Part shown: positions 24,200-35,909 of the stretch, piece by piece
Layout: every line of letters begins with the position of its first letter
Numbering within the stretch: position 1 is the first letter of the stretch
Assembly (NCBI GenBank): GCA_035221665.1
Contig: CM069143.1
Span: 45,322,001-45,386,000, forward strand
Source of the DNA: Okamejei kenojei
Taxonomy: Eukaryota
Reading direction: 5' to 3'
DNA length: 64,000 bases
Notes under the pieces: generated by a model
Databases searched by the model: none
Told to the model about the DNA's origin: nothing
What the model saw: only the letters and a program-made list of their open reading frames with translations
Made by a program: the position numbers and the translations under genes

Positions 24200-26071
24200 T
24201 AAGTTTTAAAAAACAATATTTTGTTATAAGAAATTGGAAGTCTGTGTATACAGTAAAGTTATTTTATCATATTAGATATATGTGAGTTCCTTGTGGATTG
24301 CATTTTTCTGAGTATCTAATTGATAGAGCCAATAATAGGGCTCAGAGTGTTACCGTCCTATTAACGGACAATATACTAACCAAGAAGTTATCAGGTGCAT
24401 TCATAATATCCCGATATGGAAAGGGATATATATGTGGATATTAATATAAATATATATATGTGTGTATATACACTTTTGAAAAATATAAAAGTGGATAAGT
24501 CTCCAGGTCCTGACAGGATATTCCCTAGGACATTGAGGGAAGTTAGTGTAGAAATAGCAGGAGCTATGACAGAAATATTTCAAATGTCATTAGAAACGGG
24601 AATAGTGCCGGAGGATTGGCGTACTGCGCATGTTGTTCCATTGTTTAAAAAGGGTTCAAAGAATAAACCTAGCAATTATAGACCTATTAGTTTGACGTCA
24701 GTGGTGGGCAAATTAATGGAAAGGATACTTAGAAATAATATATATAAGCATCTGGATAAACAGGGTCTGATCAGGAAGAGTCAACATGGATTTGTGCCTG
24801 GAAGGTCATGTTTGACAAACCTTCTTGAATTTTTTGAAGCGGTAACTAGGGAAATTGATGAGGGTAAAGCAGTGGATGTTGTCTATATGGATTTCAGTAA
24901 GGCCTTTGACAAGGTTCCCCATGGAAGGTTGGTTAAGAAGGTTCAATCTTTGGGTGTTAATGGCGGAGTAGCAAGATGGATTCAACAGTGCTGAATGGGA
25001 GATGTCAGAGAGTAATGGTGGATGGCTGTTTGTCAGGTTGGAAGCCGGTGACCAGTGGGGTGCCTCAGGGATCTGTGTTGGGTCCACTGTTGTTTGTCAT
25101 GTACATCAATGATCTGGATGATGGGGTGGAAAATTGGATAAGTAAGTATGCAGATGATACTAAGATAGGTGGTGTTGTGGATAATAATGAAGTAGATTTT
25201 CAAAGTCTACAGAGAGATTTGGGCCATTTGGAAAAGTGGGCTGAAAGATGGCAGATGGAGTTTAATGCTGATAAGTGTGAAGTGCTACATCTTGGCAGGA
25301 CAAATCAAAATAGGACGTACATGGTAAATGGTAGGGAATTGAGGAATGCTGTGGAACAGAGGGATCTAGGAATAACTGCGCATAGTTCCCTGAAGGTGGA
25401 ATCGCATGTAGATAGGGTGGTAAAGAAAGCCTTTGGTGTGCTGGCCTTTATAAATCAGAGCATTGAATATAGGAGTAGGGAAGTAATGTTAAAATTGTAC
25501 AAGGCATTGGTAAGACCAATTCTGGAGTATGGTGTACAATTTTGGTCGCCTAGTTATAGGAAGGATGTCAACAAAATAGAGAGAGTACAGAGGAGATTTA
25601 CTAGAATGTTGCCAGGGTTCCAGCAACTATGTTACAGAGAAAGGTTGAACAAGTTAGGTCTTTATTCTTTGGAGCGCAGAAGGTTAAGGGGGGACTTGAT
25701 TGAGGTCTTTAAAAATGATGAAAGGGATAGACAGAGTTGACGTGGATACGTTTTTCCCATTGAGGGTAGGGAAGATTCAAACAAGAGGGCATGACATGAG
25801 AATTAAGGGACAGAGGTTTCGGGGTAACGTGAGGGGGAACTTCTTTACTCAGAGGGTGGTGGCTGTGTGGAATGAGCTTCCAGCAGAAGTGGTGGAGGCA
25901 GGATCGATTTTAACATTTAAGAGTAAAGTGGATAGGTATATGGACGTGAAGGGAATGGAGGGGTATGGTCTGAGTGCAGGTAGATGGGACTAGGGGAAAA
26001 CAAATGGTCGGCACGGACTGGAAGGGCCGAGAGGGCCTGTCTCCGTGCTGTAATTGTAATATGTTATAAGG

Positions 26072-26110
<39 letters not shown>

Positions 26111-26700
26111 CTGTCCAAAATTGTAATATATAAGTCGGGAGATAAATAGTCCTGAATTGCCTTAGGCAATGGACTCTAATTCTATCAATGATTCAAAAAA
26201 AAAAAAAAAAAAGTTAACATTGAAAATAATAATGCTGATGACTTTAGTATCAATATAAGAGTGCAAACATTGCAAATATTACGTTATAATTGCATGTGGA
26301 TACAGATTACATTATCATATATGTTTATGAATATACCAAACAAAGCACACCAAGAAGAGCTGAAACCAAGGTAAACCTATAAGCGTATCTTGTTGGCCTT
26401 AAGTTGTGTGTGTGTGTGTGTGTGAACAATGATGAAATATGTTGAAGTAGGTAAGAGTCTGTGGTAATGAGACAGCACTACTTATTACACACAAAAACCA
26501 CATTAGGTTCAGTAAAAACTGATGGTTCTAGAGGAATGTATTCTAGATGGTTAGAAATTGGATACATTCAGTGGAATTAGACACTGAAAGGTGGAAAATC
26601 ACTCTGTTAATGAGGTAGATACATTCACAGGAATGGCACGGGATGAGCCGCTCGAGCAAAGATGCAAGGCCGCAGGAGGGTGTAAATTAATGTTAAAAGG
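24200..26700 (+). pseudogene. Degenerate DIRS tyrosine recombinase, split by a CR1 insertion
   Basis: ISRY-KGIY remnant (about 24407-24432) before the CR1; VLNCLRQW (26149-26172), KLTLKIIMLMTLVS-RVQTLQIL (26211-26281), SRWL (26542-26553), HSV (26600-26608) after it. Confidence 0.75.
24471..26072 (+). mobile_element. Young 5'-truncated CR1 LINE (RT domain nearly intact, two frameshifts)
   Basis: ORFs 24416-24994, 24976-25740, 25700-25993: NYRPISLTS, DFSKAFDKVPH, SGVPQGSVLGP, KYADDTK; flanked by TA-rich tracts. Confidence 0.95.
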
Positions 26701-26980
26701 AACCAGTCATGGTGTCAGGTTTGGACACACAGTGTTGGGTTCTCTATAATTGTTGCTTTGTCATATCATCAAAATATATATATCAATTGATATTTTGTGA
26801 TAAACTTGCCTTTCAATGGAAAGGGCATTACTTTTATTCTTTATAATGTGAAATAATTTATCACATAACTTGAGGCAATGTTTGGGGAAAAATGTGTTAT
26901 TCGCTCGTTACTGTGTTGAATGAGCCGGACTGTCGTATGGAATAAATTCTACGACATGAAAAACACAGAAAGCTTCAAAC

Positions 26981-27093
26981 TCTTCACGTAGTCACTCACG
27001 TGACTCCGAAGTAAAATAGTAAGATTAAACGAGAACTTACCAGTTCAAAGTTTGATCGTTATTTTATGAGGAGTAACGATGAGGGATTACGTG
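26981..27093 (+). repeat. DIRS internal complementary region (ICR)
   Basis: 26981-27020 = reverse complement of 20891-20930 (40/40); 27021-27093 = reverse complement of 27243-27315 (71/73). Confidence 0.95.
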
Positions 27094-27511
27094 CCCTCCA
27101 CTCCCGACCCTCATAAAATAAATGATCATCTGGTAGTTCTAAATCTAGGTTGAGCCTTACTATCTTACTCCAGCTATTATGTTCTGTGTTTTTCATGCCG
27201 CTGCTTTGAAGTATGCCGTTCCAGCGCCAGGCGGGGCTTCTTCACGTAATCCCTCATCGTTACTCCTCATAAAATAACGATCGAACTTCGAACTGGTAAG
27301 TTCTCGTTTAATCTTACTATTTTAAAAATTGTGCATGAGTACAGGTGACAACAAAACTGTTGATCATTTGTAAAGATCCAACAAGACCACTCGTATTCTT
27401 CGCCCAAACGAGACTAGAATTGGTAACAGCCTGAGGCTGAATATTACAGAGAGTAGGTGTCAGGCGGGTAGCAACAGAGCTTGTGTTGGAGGTATTTTCT
27501 ACACATCCAGC

Positions 27512-27725
27512 GTGACGTTTTGGGTCAGAATCCTTCATCAGAATGAAAGATAGAAAAGGCCAGAACAAACAGGGCTGGCAACAGATAACCTTAGGAAGGG
27601 CGGAGTCCATAATGGACATTCAATTTCAAGTCAAATTGGTGATTGGTCTGGTTCAATTATGGAATTCTAGAAAGGTCAGCATAGGCTTGGGCTGCAACAG
27701 ATCGTTCATCTCGGAGATGAAAGGA
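27512..27725 (-). mobile_element. Penelope 3' fragment with hammerhead-like core
   Basis: Minus strand tctgatgaaggattctgacccaaaacgtcac. Confidence 0.55.
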
Positions 27726-27789
27726 TGCCTGGAAATCAGTTGGTATTTGCAGGACAGAGAGATCGTGAGTAAGCTTTTTGTGGTGACGA

Positions 27790-28960
27790 TGGATAACTTA
27801 TGTCTTCCTAACTATATTGAGTTTTCTGAGGAGGTAACACAGCTGATTGATGGGGGGGGGGGGGGGGGTTAGAGGATGTTGTCTAATGGATTTTAGTAAT
27901 GTATTTGAAAGTGCCTTTCTGATGGAAGACAGAGGGCTGTGGTGGAAGGACAATATTCAGGCTGGAGGTCTGTGACCAGTGGATTTCCACAGGGATCCGT
28001 GCCAAAATCTCTGCTGTGTGTTTTATAAAAAATGACTTGGGTCTAAACATAGACGGGTTGATTAGTAAGTTTGTAGATTACAGCAAGATTGTTGGGGTCA
28101 CAGTCTGTGAGGAAGGCTGTCAAAGTGGGATACAGATCAGCTTGAGAAATGAGTGGCAAAATGGCAAAAGGAGTTTAATATTAACAAGTATGAGGGTTGC
28201 ACTTTAGGAGGTTGAATGTAAGGGGAAAATATACAATTAATGGTTAGACCATAAATAGCACTGATGTACAGAGGGATCTTGTGGTCTATGTCCATAAATC
28301 CCTGAAAGTGGCAACACAAGTAGATAGAGTTACAAAGAAAAATTATGGTATGCTTGCCTTCATTGGTCAAGGCATTGAATATGTCAGGAAGTCAAGAGAC
28401 AGTTTTGTAGGACTTGTTAGGTTGCATTTGGAATTTTGCATGCATTTCTGGTTGCCCCTTTACAGGAAGCATGTGATGACTTTGGAAAGGGTGCAAAGGA
28501 GTTTTATTGGAATGATGCCCGAGTTAAGGGGTATCAGCCACAGGGAGAGGTTGTAAAGACTAGAATTGTTTTACCTGGAATGCTGGAGTCGAGGATAAAC
28601 CTGTTGGAAATATATAAAATTGTGAGAGGCATCGATAGGGTAGATAGTCAGAACCTTTTTCCCAGGATGGATACATCAAATACTAGAGGGAATATCTATC
28701 AGGTGAGAGAGGCAAAGTTTAAAGATGTGCAGGGCAAGTTTTTACGCAGAGGGTGGTGACTGCCTGGGACGGGCTGCCAAGTGTGGTGGTGGGGGCAGAT
28801 ACAAAAGTGGCATTTATGAGACTTTAAGTTATACAGTAGATGTGTAGGTAATGGGGGGATATGGATTATGTGCAGGCAGATATGTGTTGATTTTGTCATC
28901 ATGTCCAACACAAATATTGTGAGCTGAAGAGCCCGTTCCTGTGGTGTATGTTTCACGCTC
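27790..28960 (+). mobile_element. Degenerate CR1 RT fragment
   Basis: SGFPQGS, ISKFVD, VRLHLEFCMHFW, GIDRVDSQNLFP. Confidence 0.8.
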
Positions 28961-29394
28961 TTGAAGGGCAGGGGAGCCGAATCTCTCATAACTTGATGCA
29001 TGTGCAGATGACACTGGTTCACATTATGGAAATTACAATTTGGATGTTTTCATGGAACACAACCCCTGCCTCCATAATGCAAGGTCACCTGTACCGACAA
29101 TCATTATCAAATGAGTCACTGAGGTTCACAGGGGATAAAGGACATTTAAGAAATAAATTAGGAGGGCATTAAGAGGCCAATAAATGTCCTTGCCAAGCAG
29201 GATTAAGGAGACTCCTAAAATCTTTTGAAGCATATCAGAAGCAAGAAGCAGCAAAGGAAGGAATAGGTCCTCTCATGGACCAGAGGGGTAGTTCAAGCGT
29301 GAAGCGAGAAGTCCTAAATTAATATTTCTCATTGATATTCAGCAGGGAGATGAATGTGAAGGCTGAAGAGTTAAGCGTGGGATACAGTGATACT

Positions 29395-29699
29395 TTGGTG
29401 GCGCAGCGGGTAGAGCTGCTGCCTCACAATGCCAGAGACCCAGGTTCGATCCTGACCCGGGGGATGTCCGTGTGGAGTTAGCACTTTCTTCCTGTGACCA
29501 TGTGGGTTTCCTCTGGGTGCTCCAGTTTCCTCCCACATCCCAAACACTGTGGGTTTGTAAGTTAATTGACCTCTATAAATCTCCCATAGTGTGTAGGGAG
29601 TAGATGTGGATAGTGGGATGACCTAGATCTAGTGTGAATGGGTGATCAATGGACAGTGGGCTGAAGGACATGTTTCCATGCTGCATCTCAAAACTAAAT
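29395..29699 (+). mobile_element. V-SINE (HE1-like)
   Basis: Family similarity, A/B boxes. Confidence 0.8.
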
Positions 29700-30330
29700 C
29701 TGTCAGAATGGAGAAAGTGCTGGAAATATTAGAGTTTATTCAGGGAACTAGTCACTTGGGCCAGATAGGATTTATCCTACAATGCTAAGGGAAGCAAGAG
29801 AGGAGCTGGGGCTCTTGCAGAGGCTTCTGTATCTTCATTAGTCACAGATTAGATATAAGTCAACTGGAGGAGAATAATGTTGTCCCCTTGTTCATATAGA
29901 GAGCAGTAGGGATAAGCCTGTACACTACATAAGTGGTGGGGAAGTTTTTGGAGAAGATTCCAATGTTCAGGATCAGACTCTTCTCCAGGATCAAACTTGG
30001 AAAGGCAGGCACTGATTAGAAGGAGTCGGCATGGTTTTGTGCAATTGAGGTAATGTCTCACAAATCTGATTTCTGTGGAGGTAAAAAAAAGAGATTAACA
30101 AAGACAGGATCAAAGATACTAGAGAAGCTCCTCTAGTATCTTTGGACAGGATGGTGGATGTCACCTATACAGACTTTAGTAACGCTTTTGACAAAGTTAT
30201 GCATGGTAGGCTGGTACGGAAGGTAAATGCACAAGGGATCTTAGGTATGTTGGTGAACTGGATCCAAAACTGGCTGGGCAATGGGAGGCAGTTGGGAGGC
30301 AGTAACAGCACCTGAAAATCTCTAACTGAG

Positions 30331-30614
30331 GCGGCACGTTGGTGCAGCAGTAGCGTTGCTGCCTTACAGCGCTTGCAACGCCAGAGAGCCAGGTTCGATC
30401 CTGACTTTGGGTGCTATCTGTACGGAGTTTGTACATTCTCCACGTGACCGTTTAAGTTTTCTCCGAGATCAAAGATGTACAGGTTTGTAGGTTAATTGGC
30501 TTGAGTTAGTTTACTTGGTGTGAGTGTAAATTGTCCCTAGTGTGCGGGAATCACCGGTCGGTGCGGACTCGGTGGGCCAAAAGGCCTGTTTCCGCGCAAT
30601 ATCTCCAAACTAAA
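30331..30614 (+). mobile_element. V-SINE (HE1-like)
   Basis: Family similarity, A/B boxes. Confidence 0.8.
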
Positions 30615-32802
30615 TTAGTGGTGTACCCATCAGGATCAGTGCTGGGAATGTTGTTCTCTGCAATAGATAAAAATTACTTGGATGAGAATGAAGGTGATAT
30701 AATTAGTTAGTTTGTAAAGAACACAACAATTGGTAGCATGGCAGAAAACAGAGAAGGTTGTGAAAGTACAGAGAGAAACATACATCAATTGGGAAGGGCG
30801 GAGAGATGGCAGATAGAATTTAATCCAGACAAGTGTGAGATAATGAACTATGTAAAGTCAAATTCTGTAAGGACATGCAGAGTAAAAGGCAAAGAAATTA
30901 GGTGTAGATCGACACAAAATGCTGGAGTAACACAGCGGGTCAGGCAGCATCTCTGGAGAAAATTAGGTGTGTTGATGTACAGAGGACTTTCAGGCCCAAG
31001 TCCATAGCTCCCTGAAAGTGGTGAAAAGGGCATTTGGAATGCTTACCGTCATAGGACAAGATATTGAGGAAAAGAGTTGGGATGTCAGACAGTTATACAA
31101 ATCACTGGTGGGCCTATCCTAGGATATTGTTTTGGTTACCACACTACAGGAGGGGTGTGATGGCAATAGGGAAAGCCCAGAAGAGGTTCACAGGATGTTG
31201 CCTGGAATGGATGCATGAGGTTATAAAGAGGGATTATAAAGGCTGGGTTTATTCTCACTGGAATGTAGTGGGCTGTGGGGTGACCTTTCTAAAATTATTG
31301 GAGGTGGGGAGGGCAATGCTCCGGTAGATAGCCAAAAATCATGTTGCCTGTAGAGTGGAGATTAGAACTCGAAGGCATGTGTTTAAAGTAAGAGGGGAGA
31401 AAGTTAAAGGAGATCGGAGGGGTTACATTTTTCACACAATATTTGGCATGAGCTGCCAGAGGTAGTGGGGCTGTTGAAATACACATTTGGACAGGTACTT
31501 GGAGTAAGAAATACAGACTATTACAGAATATAGAATGGGTGTCAAGGGTTATGGGAAGAAGACAAGAAAATGGGATTAGGGGGTAGCGATCAGCCATGAT
31601 TGAATGGCGGAGTAGCCTCGATGGGCCGAATGGCCTAATTCTACTTCTATAATTTGTGAACTAGCAACATTTTTACCAGAATGCTTCCTGAATTAGGGGC
31701 TATTAGCTACAAGGTGAAGTTGGACAAACTTGGCTTGTTTTCACTGGAACACTGAGGAGGACTGGAGAGCCGAGGATAACTATATAACATTATGAGAGGC
31801 AACGTTGGGTAGAATGTCAGAACCTTTTTCACAGGATGGAAATGTCAAAGACTAGAGAGCAGAGCTTTTGGGTCAGAGCGACAAAGTTTAAAGGAGATGT
31901 GCTGGGCAAGTTAATTTTTTACACAGGTATTTGGAGTTCTTACTTTCAGAGAACAAGGCATCGAGGTAAGTGCCTGAGCAGATATGATGGTGGCTATTAA
32001 GAGGCTTTTATACAGGCACGTGAATAGGCTGGACATTGAGAAATATGGATCAGGTGCAGGCAGACGAGATTATTTTACTTGGCATCCTGTTTGGCAAGAC
32101 ATTGTGGGCCGAAGGACATAGTCTTGCGCTGGATTTACTTTGTAGATGGAATTAGCAAAGACAGGCATCACGGTTGGCGTGGATGAGGTGGGCCATAATG
32201 ACCTGTGTCGGTGCTGTGTGATTTATTGTATGCAGGTTCGTGCTTGGGTCGGGCAATACATGCCACTGTCACATTCGCTGCACCAGCCCGACAAACGCGC
32301 CGGGAAGAACAGCTTCACACGTTGAATGTAATTGTACAGCCGGCCCAACAGGCCACGCAATGTGAAGAGGGCACAGGGTGGGGTCTTGGCTGCGAGGCCG
32401 CGCCCTGTTCTCATGAAGCAGCAACGGGATGAATCACTCGAGTCCTGTCCCCCAATTACCTCCCTCTCCCTTGCGCCGAGTCTAATCTTTAAAATCGAAT
32501 CGTTCATCAGAACCTCAAAACGTGATCGTTCGAGCAGACGCCGAAGCGGGACTGAATCCGAGTTGAAAACTTTCTCGGGATCGAACACAAGTTGCTTGTG
32601 CAACAAGGCCCGGCAGCTCACGGCATCTAACTATCATTGTAAACGGCTTGTTGTCCGGACACGATTGGGTTCCGCAGGAACGGGAGGAGGAGAGGGAGGG
32701 AAAGAGGGAGGGAGGGAGGGGGTTACTAATTTAACTACAATTCCCGCTGTGCAGAATTGAGATACGCCGCGAAGATCGGAGATACACGAGTATAAAGCCA
32801 AG

Positions 32803-32974
32803 CCCCCCCCCCCCCCCCCCCCCCTTGCACATGTTGTGTTTGTGTTGTGCACCCCTCGGTGCGGAATAACAAGCAGTCGTCCGTCACATCCTCCTTCCAC
32901 ACAGACACTATTGTCGGTCGAGGGTCACCGCGGATGGACTTTGTGCAAACCATCGTTTAGGGGACCGGGGACCA

Positions 32975-33008
<34 letters not shown>
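32803..33008. repeat. Two poly-C tracts (32803-32824, 32976-33008)
   Basis: Direct reading. Confidence 0.9.
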
Positions 33009-33685
33009 TTATCCCTAAAATAAAATCTTTGCAAACACTCAGTCGTCTTCTAGTTTGCACATTACAGAATAGAAAATGCACACGTGAATCCTGCTTGAGT
33101 CGGGGGTCATTTTGTTTGCATTTCCCAAATTGCAGAATGGCACCAGTGACTGTCGGCTGCTGCTTTCTCCATTTCTCCGCTGGTGAAACATTTATGGCCG
33201 TTTCGAGGTCCCTGCAAACATCCTCAAGGGTCGAGGAGCAGTGGGGTTGACTCAGGGCTCCAGAGTGGTTTTCTGCCCTCCCCACCCCAGTCTCACAGGC
33301 AGCAGCTCCTGAACCTGACAATGTTTATACAACCCTGAGTCCGGTGTTTGGCATCGCTCCGCCTGCTCTTGTCCTCGCAAGTGCAAATCCTAATTAAACC
33401 CCAAATGAAGCTCCACAATGGCCTGGCTACAAACTAACTCGATCTCCACCCGTGTTTGAAACCTTCATTGTTTGTTAATAAATAAGAGCTGCGCACAGTA
33501 TGTGAATAAGTTGCCTTCCCGGAAGTTGGGTATTTACCCTTTTAAATGTCTTGCTTTAAACTTGTGTTTCAAAATAACCTGGCCCGATGCTTTTTTTTCT
33601 GTTTGTCGAATCCTTTGCACGGTTTTTACTCGTCTGGCGGTTTTGCAATCATCCCCTCTGTTAAAAAACGTTTGCAAAATAAAAC

Positions 33686-33687
<2 letters not shown>

Positions 33688-33716
<29 letters not shown>
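33688..33716. repeat. (GA)n microsatellite
   Basis: Direct reading. Confidence 0.95.
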
Positions 33717-33895
33717 CAAGCAAAATGCCAGCGGGACTGACACGAAATTGGCGAGATCGCCCCCGGAGCGGAGAGAAGCGAAGCGAGACGTCTCCTTTTG
33801 TTAAAGGAAGAGGGGTAGATAGTGGCATCTCGGATCCTCGCCACACGCACTGCTCAGCCCCGCCGAGTCCGGCCTCTTTATCTTAATGAAAATAC

Positions 33896-34200
33896 CTGAA
33901 TGTAATCCCGAGCTGCTGCTGCCGCTGCTGCCGCTGCTTTCTCGGTCCAGGTCCAGGTCCAGCTCCGATCCAGATCAGCTCCGACTGCGGGCCCCGGAGC
34001 TTGTGAAAGTGCGGTCCCGACGGTGCAAGAGCACCGAGCACGGGCTGATATAATCGACGTGTATTTTTTCTATGTATATAGTGTTGTGTGAAGCGAGGAA
34101 TGAGTTTACTTTCGCTCCATATCGCTGTCTGCTGCGCACATTTCCACCACTCCTCACTGCAGTCGCGTCCCCAGGGTCCTAGCGCCGCCGCAACTACTTT
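33896..34200 (-). other. Candidate non-coding first exon of a minus-strand gene (5' boundary uncertain)
   Basis: GCA/GCG-repeat-rich UTR-like sequence ending at donor ttcag|gtattt (33896/33895). Confidence 0.4.
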
Positions 34201-34394
34201 ATTTGCAGGGGCACAGCTAGACAACTCGCTAGTCCGGTGCAAACCATCTTCCCGGGTCTCGATGGCACTTCGAGAGTTTTATTTATTGCTAAATAACTTC
34301 CACCTAATAGCATTCCCGCTGCTGCATTTAGGTGTAGTTGCACCTTTATTTCAGTAGTTTATCCACTGCCCTATCTACTGTCCAACACTGGATG

Positions 34395-34396
<2 letters not shown>

Positions 34397-34448
<52 letters not shown>
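34397..34448. repeat. Poly-G tract (52 nt)
   Basis: Direct reading; length may be affected by sequencing error. Confidence 0.9.
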
Positions 34449-34451
<3 letters not shown>

Positions 34452-35419
34452 GATTAAAACAATACAACTCGGTTAGTGACTGATCACGTTCTCTGGAGTA
34501 GCGAGCAAAGGACAAGGATGTAACAGCTGACGGACACCAGGGAGCAGGTAACATTGTACGCAACTACATCGGGCTTTCCACGGCCCATATACCCACCCTC
34601 TCAAACACAATTCATATCGTTCAGTTATGAAGGTGTTGGCTTGCATGTTAGCTGAATACAACTACCCGAATTGTCCTATAATAGTGTCTTATCGTTAAAA
34701 AAAGATGTTGTTTTATACTTCTTAATGTTAGAACGATTCTTCAAATAACTATCATGCCTTTACCATCAAAAAATGTTGGAAAGGAAAAAGCACATATGCG
34801 TGGGCTCACGCTTTTAGAGGCTATTCAGAAGTTTGAAGCCCTCTGTATGGGATTTCCTCTGCATCTCTGTGGCCTCCCATCATCATAACCTCATTAATTG
34901 TACCTCAATTTATGCATTGCTTTTGCTTCAGTCCAAAACTGGACAGCAGAGACAGGTGGGGTGATGAAAGAAAAGCGTTACATGTTAGATGTCTCAGCAA
35001 GTTGGGCAGCATCTGTGGCGAGAGTAAAGGCAGAGAACTTTATAGGCTGATGAATTTTCATCAGAATAGACCAATATGAATAGGAAAAGCTGTTTTGAAT
35101 GATTCTCAACAAAAATGTTCGAATATACAAAGGTATTCTTGCGAGTTGAGATGTGCTCCCATTATAAATATGTAAACCTACACTTGTCTACACCAAAAAT
35201 ATTAAAGTGAACAAAGTAACTGTAACTATTGCAAATTCTATTTAATCACCTATTGTTATCATTGTGTTTAAAGAGAATAAAACCACCATGTATTTGAATT
35301 CAGAGCAATTCATGAAACATTCTTCCAGCATGCCTGCTTGTTGTGCTGAGTAAATGCTTTTTATATCTGCAGCTCCACTCTCTGTCTGGCTCATTTAAAG
35401 TCACAACAATCTGAAATAG

Positions 35420-35830
35420 TTGAATTAATTGACTGCGAGGATAGAATTTAGCAGCAAAGTTGATGAAATGTTTGTGTTCTGAAGAAAGCAGAAAACAGCA
35501 CCAATATGGTCATTAATAAACTGGAAATAAAGATTAGGCAGGTAACCTGAGAATGATTGAAATGAGGACTGTTCCACATATCCCCTAAAGAAAAAGGGAC
35601 TGCTTGGACTCGTGCAACTTCCCAAAGCTGCACCTTTTGATCTGGAGGAAGTGGGTTAAGGTAACAGAGAAGGTGTTCAATGTGAGAATGGGTTCAGCAA
35701 GGCAAACGTGTGAGGTCATGAAGGGAACTAATTGGGCTTTGACACAAGGACAAGACAATGGGCAGATGGGCTAACCTGCCGTGGGATGGACGTGTGGAGG
35801 AATTGGATGTCCTTGTTAAAAAAGAGAGCC
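35420..35830 (-). mobile_element. Degenerate Penelope RT fragment
   Basis: GSCTSPSSPFFFRGYVEQSSF...YFQFINDHIGA resembles PLE RT MGxxxGPSYACLFVGYVEQ...RYIDD. Confidence 0.65.
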
Positions 35831-35909
35831 ATTTGGGATTATGAATGGGAAATTATGAAAGTGGCAGAGGACAGCATAAGTGGTAAGTGAATGGAGAAGT
35901 GGAGAAAGC

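Larger units (their letters stand above)
20891..27324 (+). mobile_element. DIRS1-type tyrosine-recombinase retrotransposon, full length, coding-degenerate
   Basis: Left ITR 20891-20956; its segment 20921-20956 is a perfect 36-bp inverted copy of 27213-27248; ICR 26981-27093 is complementary to both termini; RT, RNaseH, methylase and YR motif remnants in DIRS order. Confidence 0.92.
29100..32225 (+). mobile_element. Stack of degenerate CR1 fragments with nested SINEs and a Penelope piece (30903-30962)
   Basis: DFSNAFDK (30171-30194), WQIEFNPDKCE, several successive 3' tails (about 31660, 32130, 32220). Confidence 0.7.
32230..34620. promoter_or_regulatory. CpG island / probable host promoter
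   Basis: Sharp rise in CpG and GC content against a CpG-depleted window; free of interspersed repeats; GC box ccccgcc at 33858-33864. Confidence 0.75.

Noticed and set aside
1-32225. Plus-strand bias of CR1 and SINE copies as proof of a minus-strand intron
   Set aside because: Counts are small, several copies are minus, and a similar bias exists on the other side of the island.
32205-34661. Cluster of 60-142 aa ORFs in the CpG island
   Set aside because: Overlapping on both strands, low complexity, no recognisable domain; expected from high GC and homopolymers.
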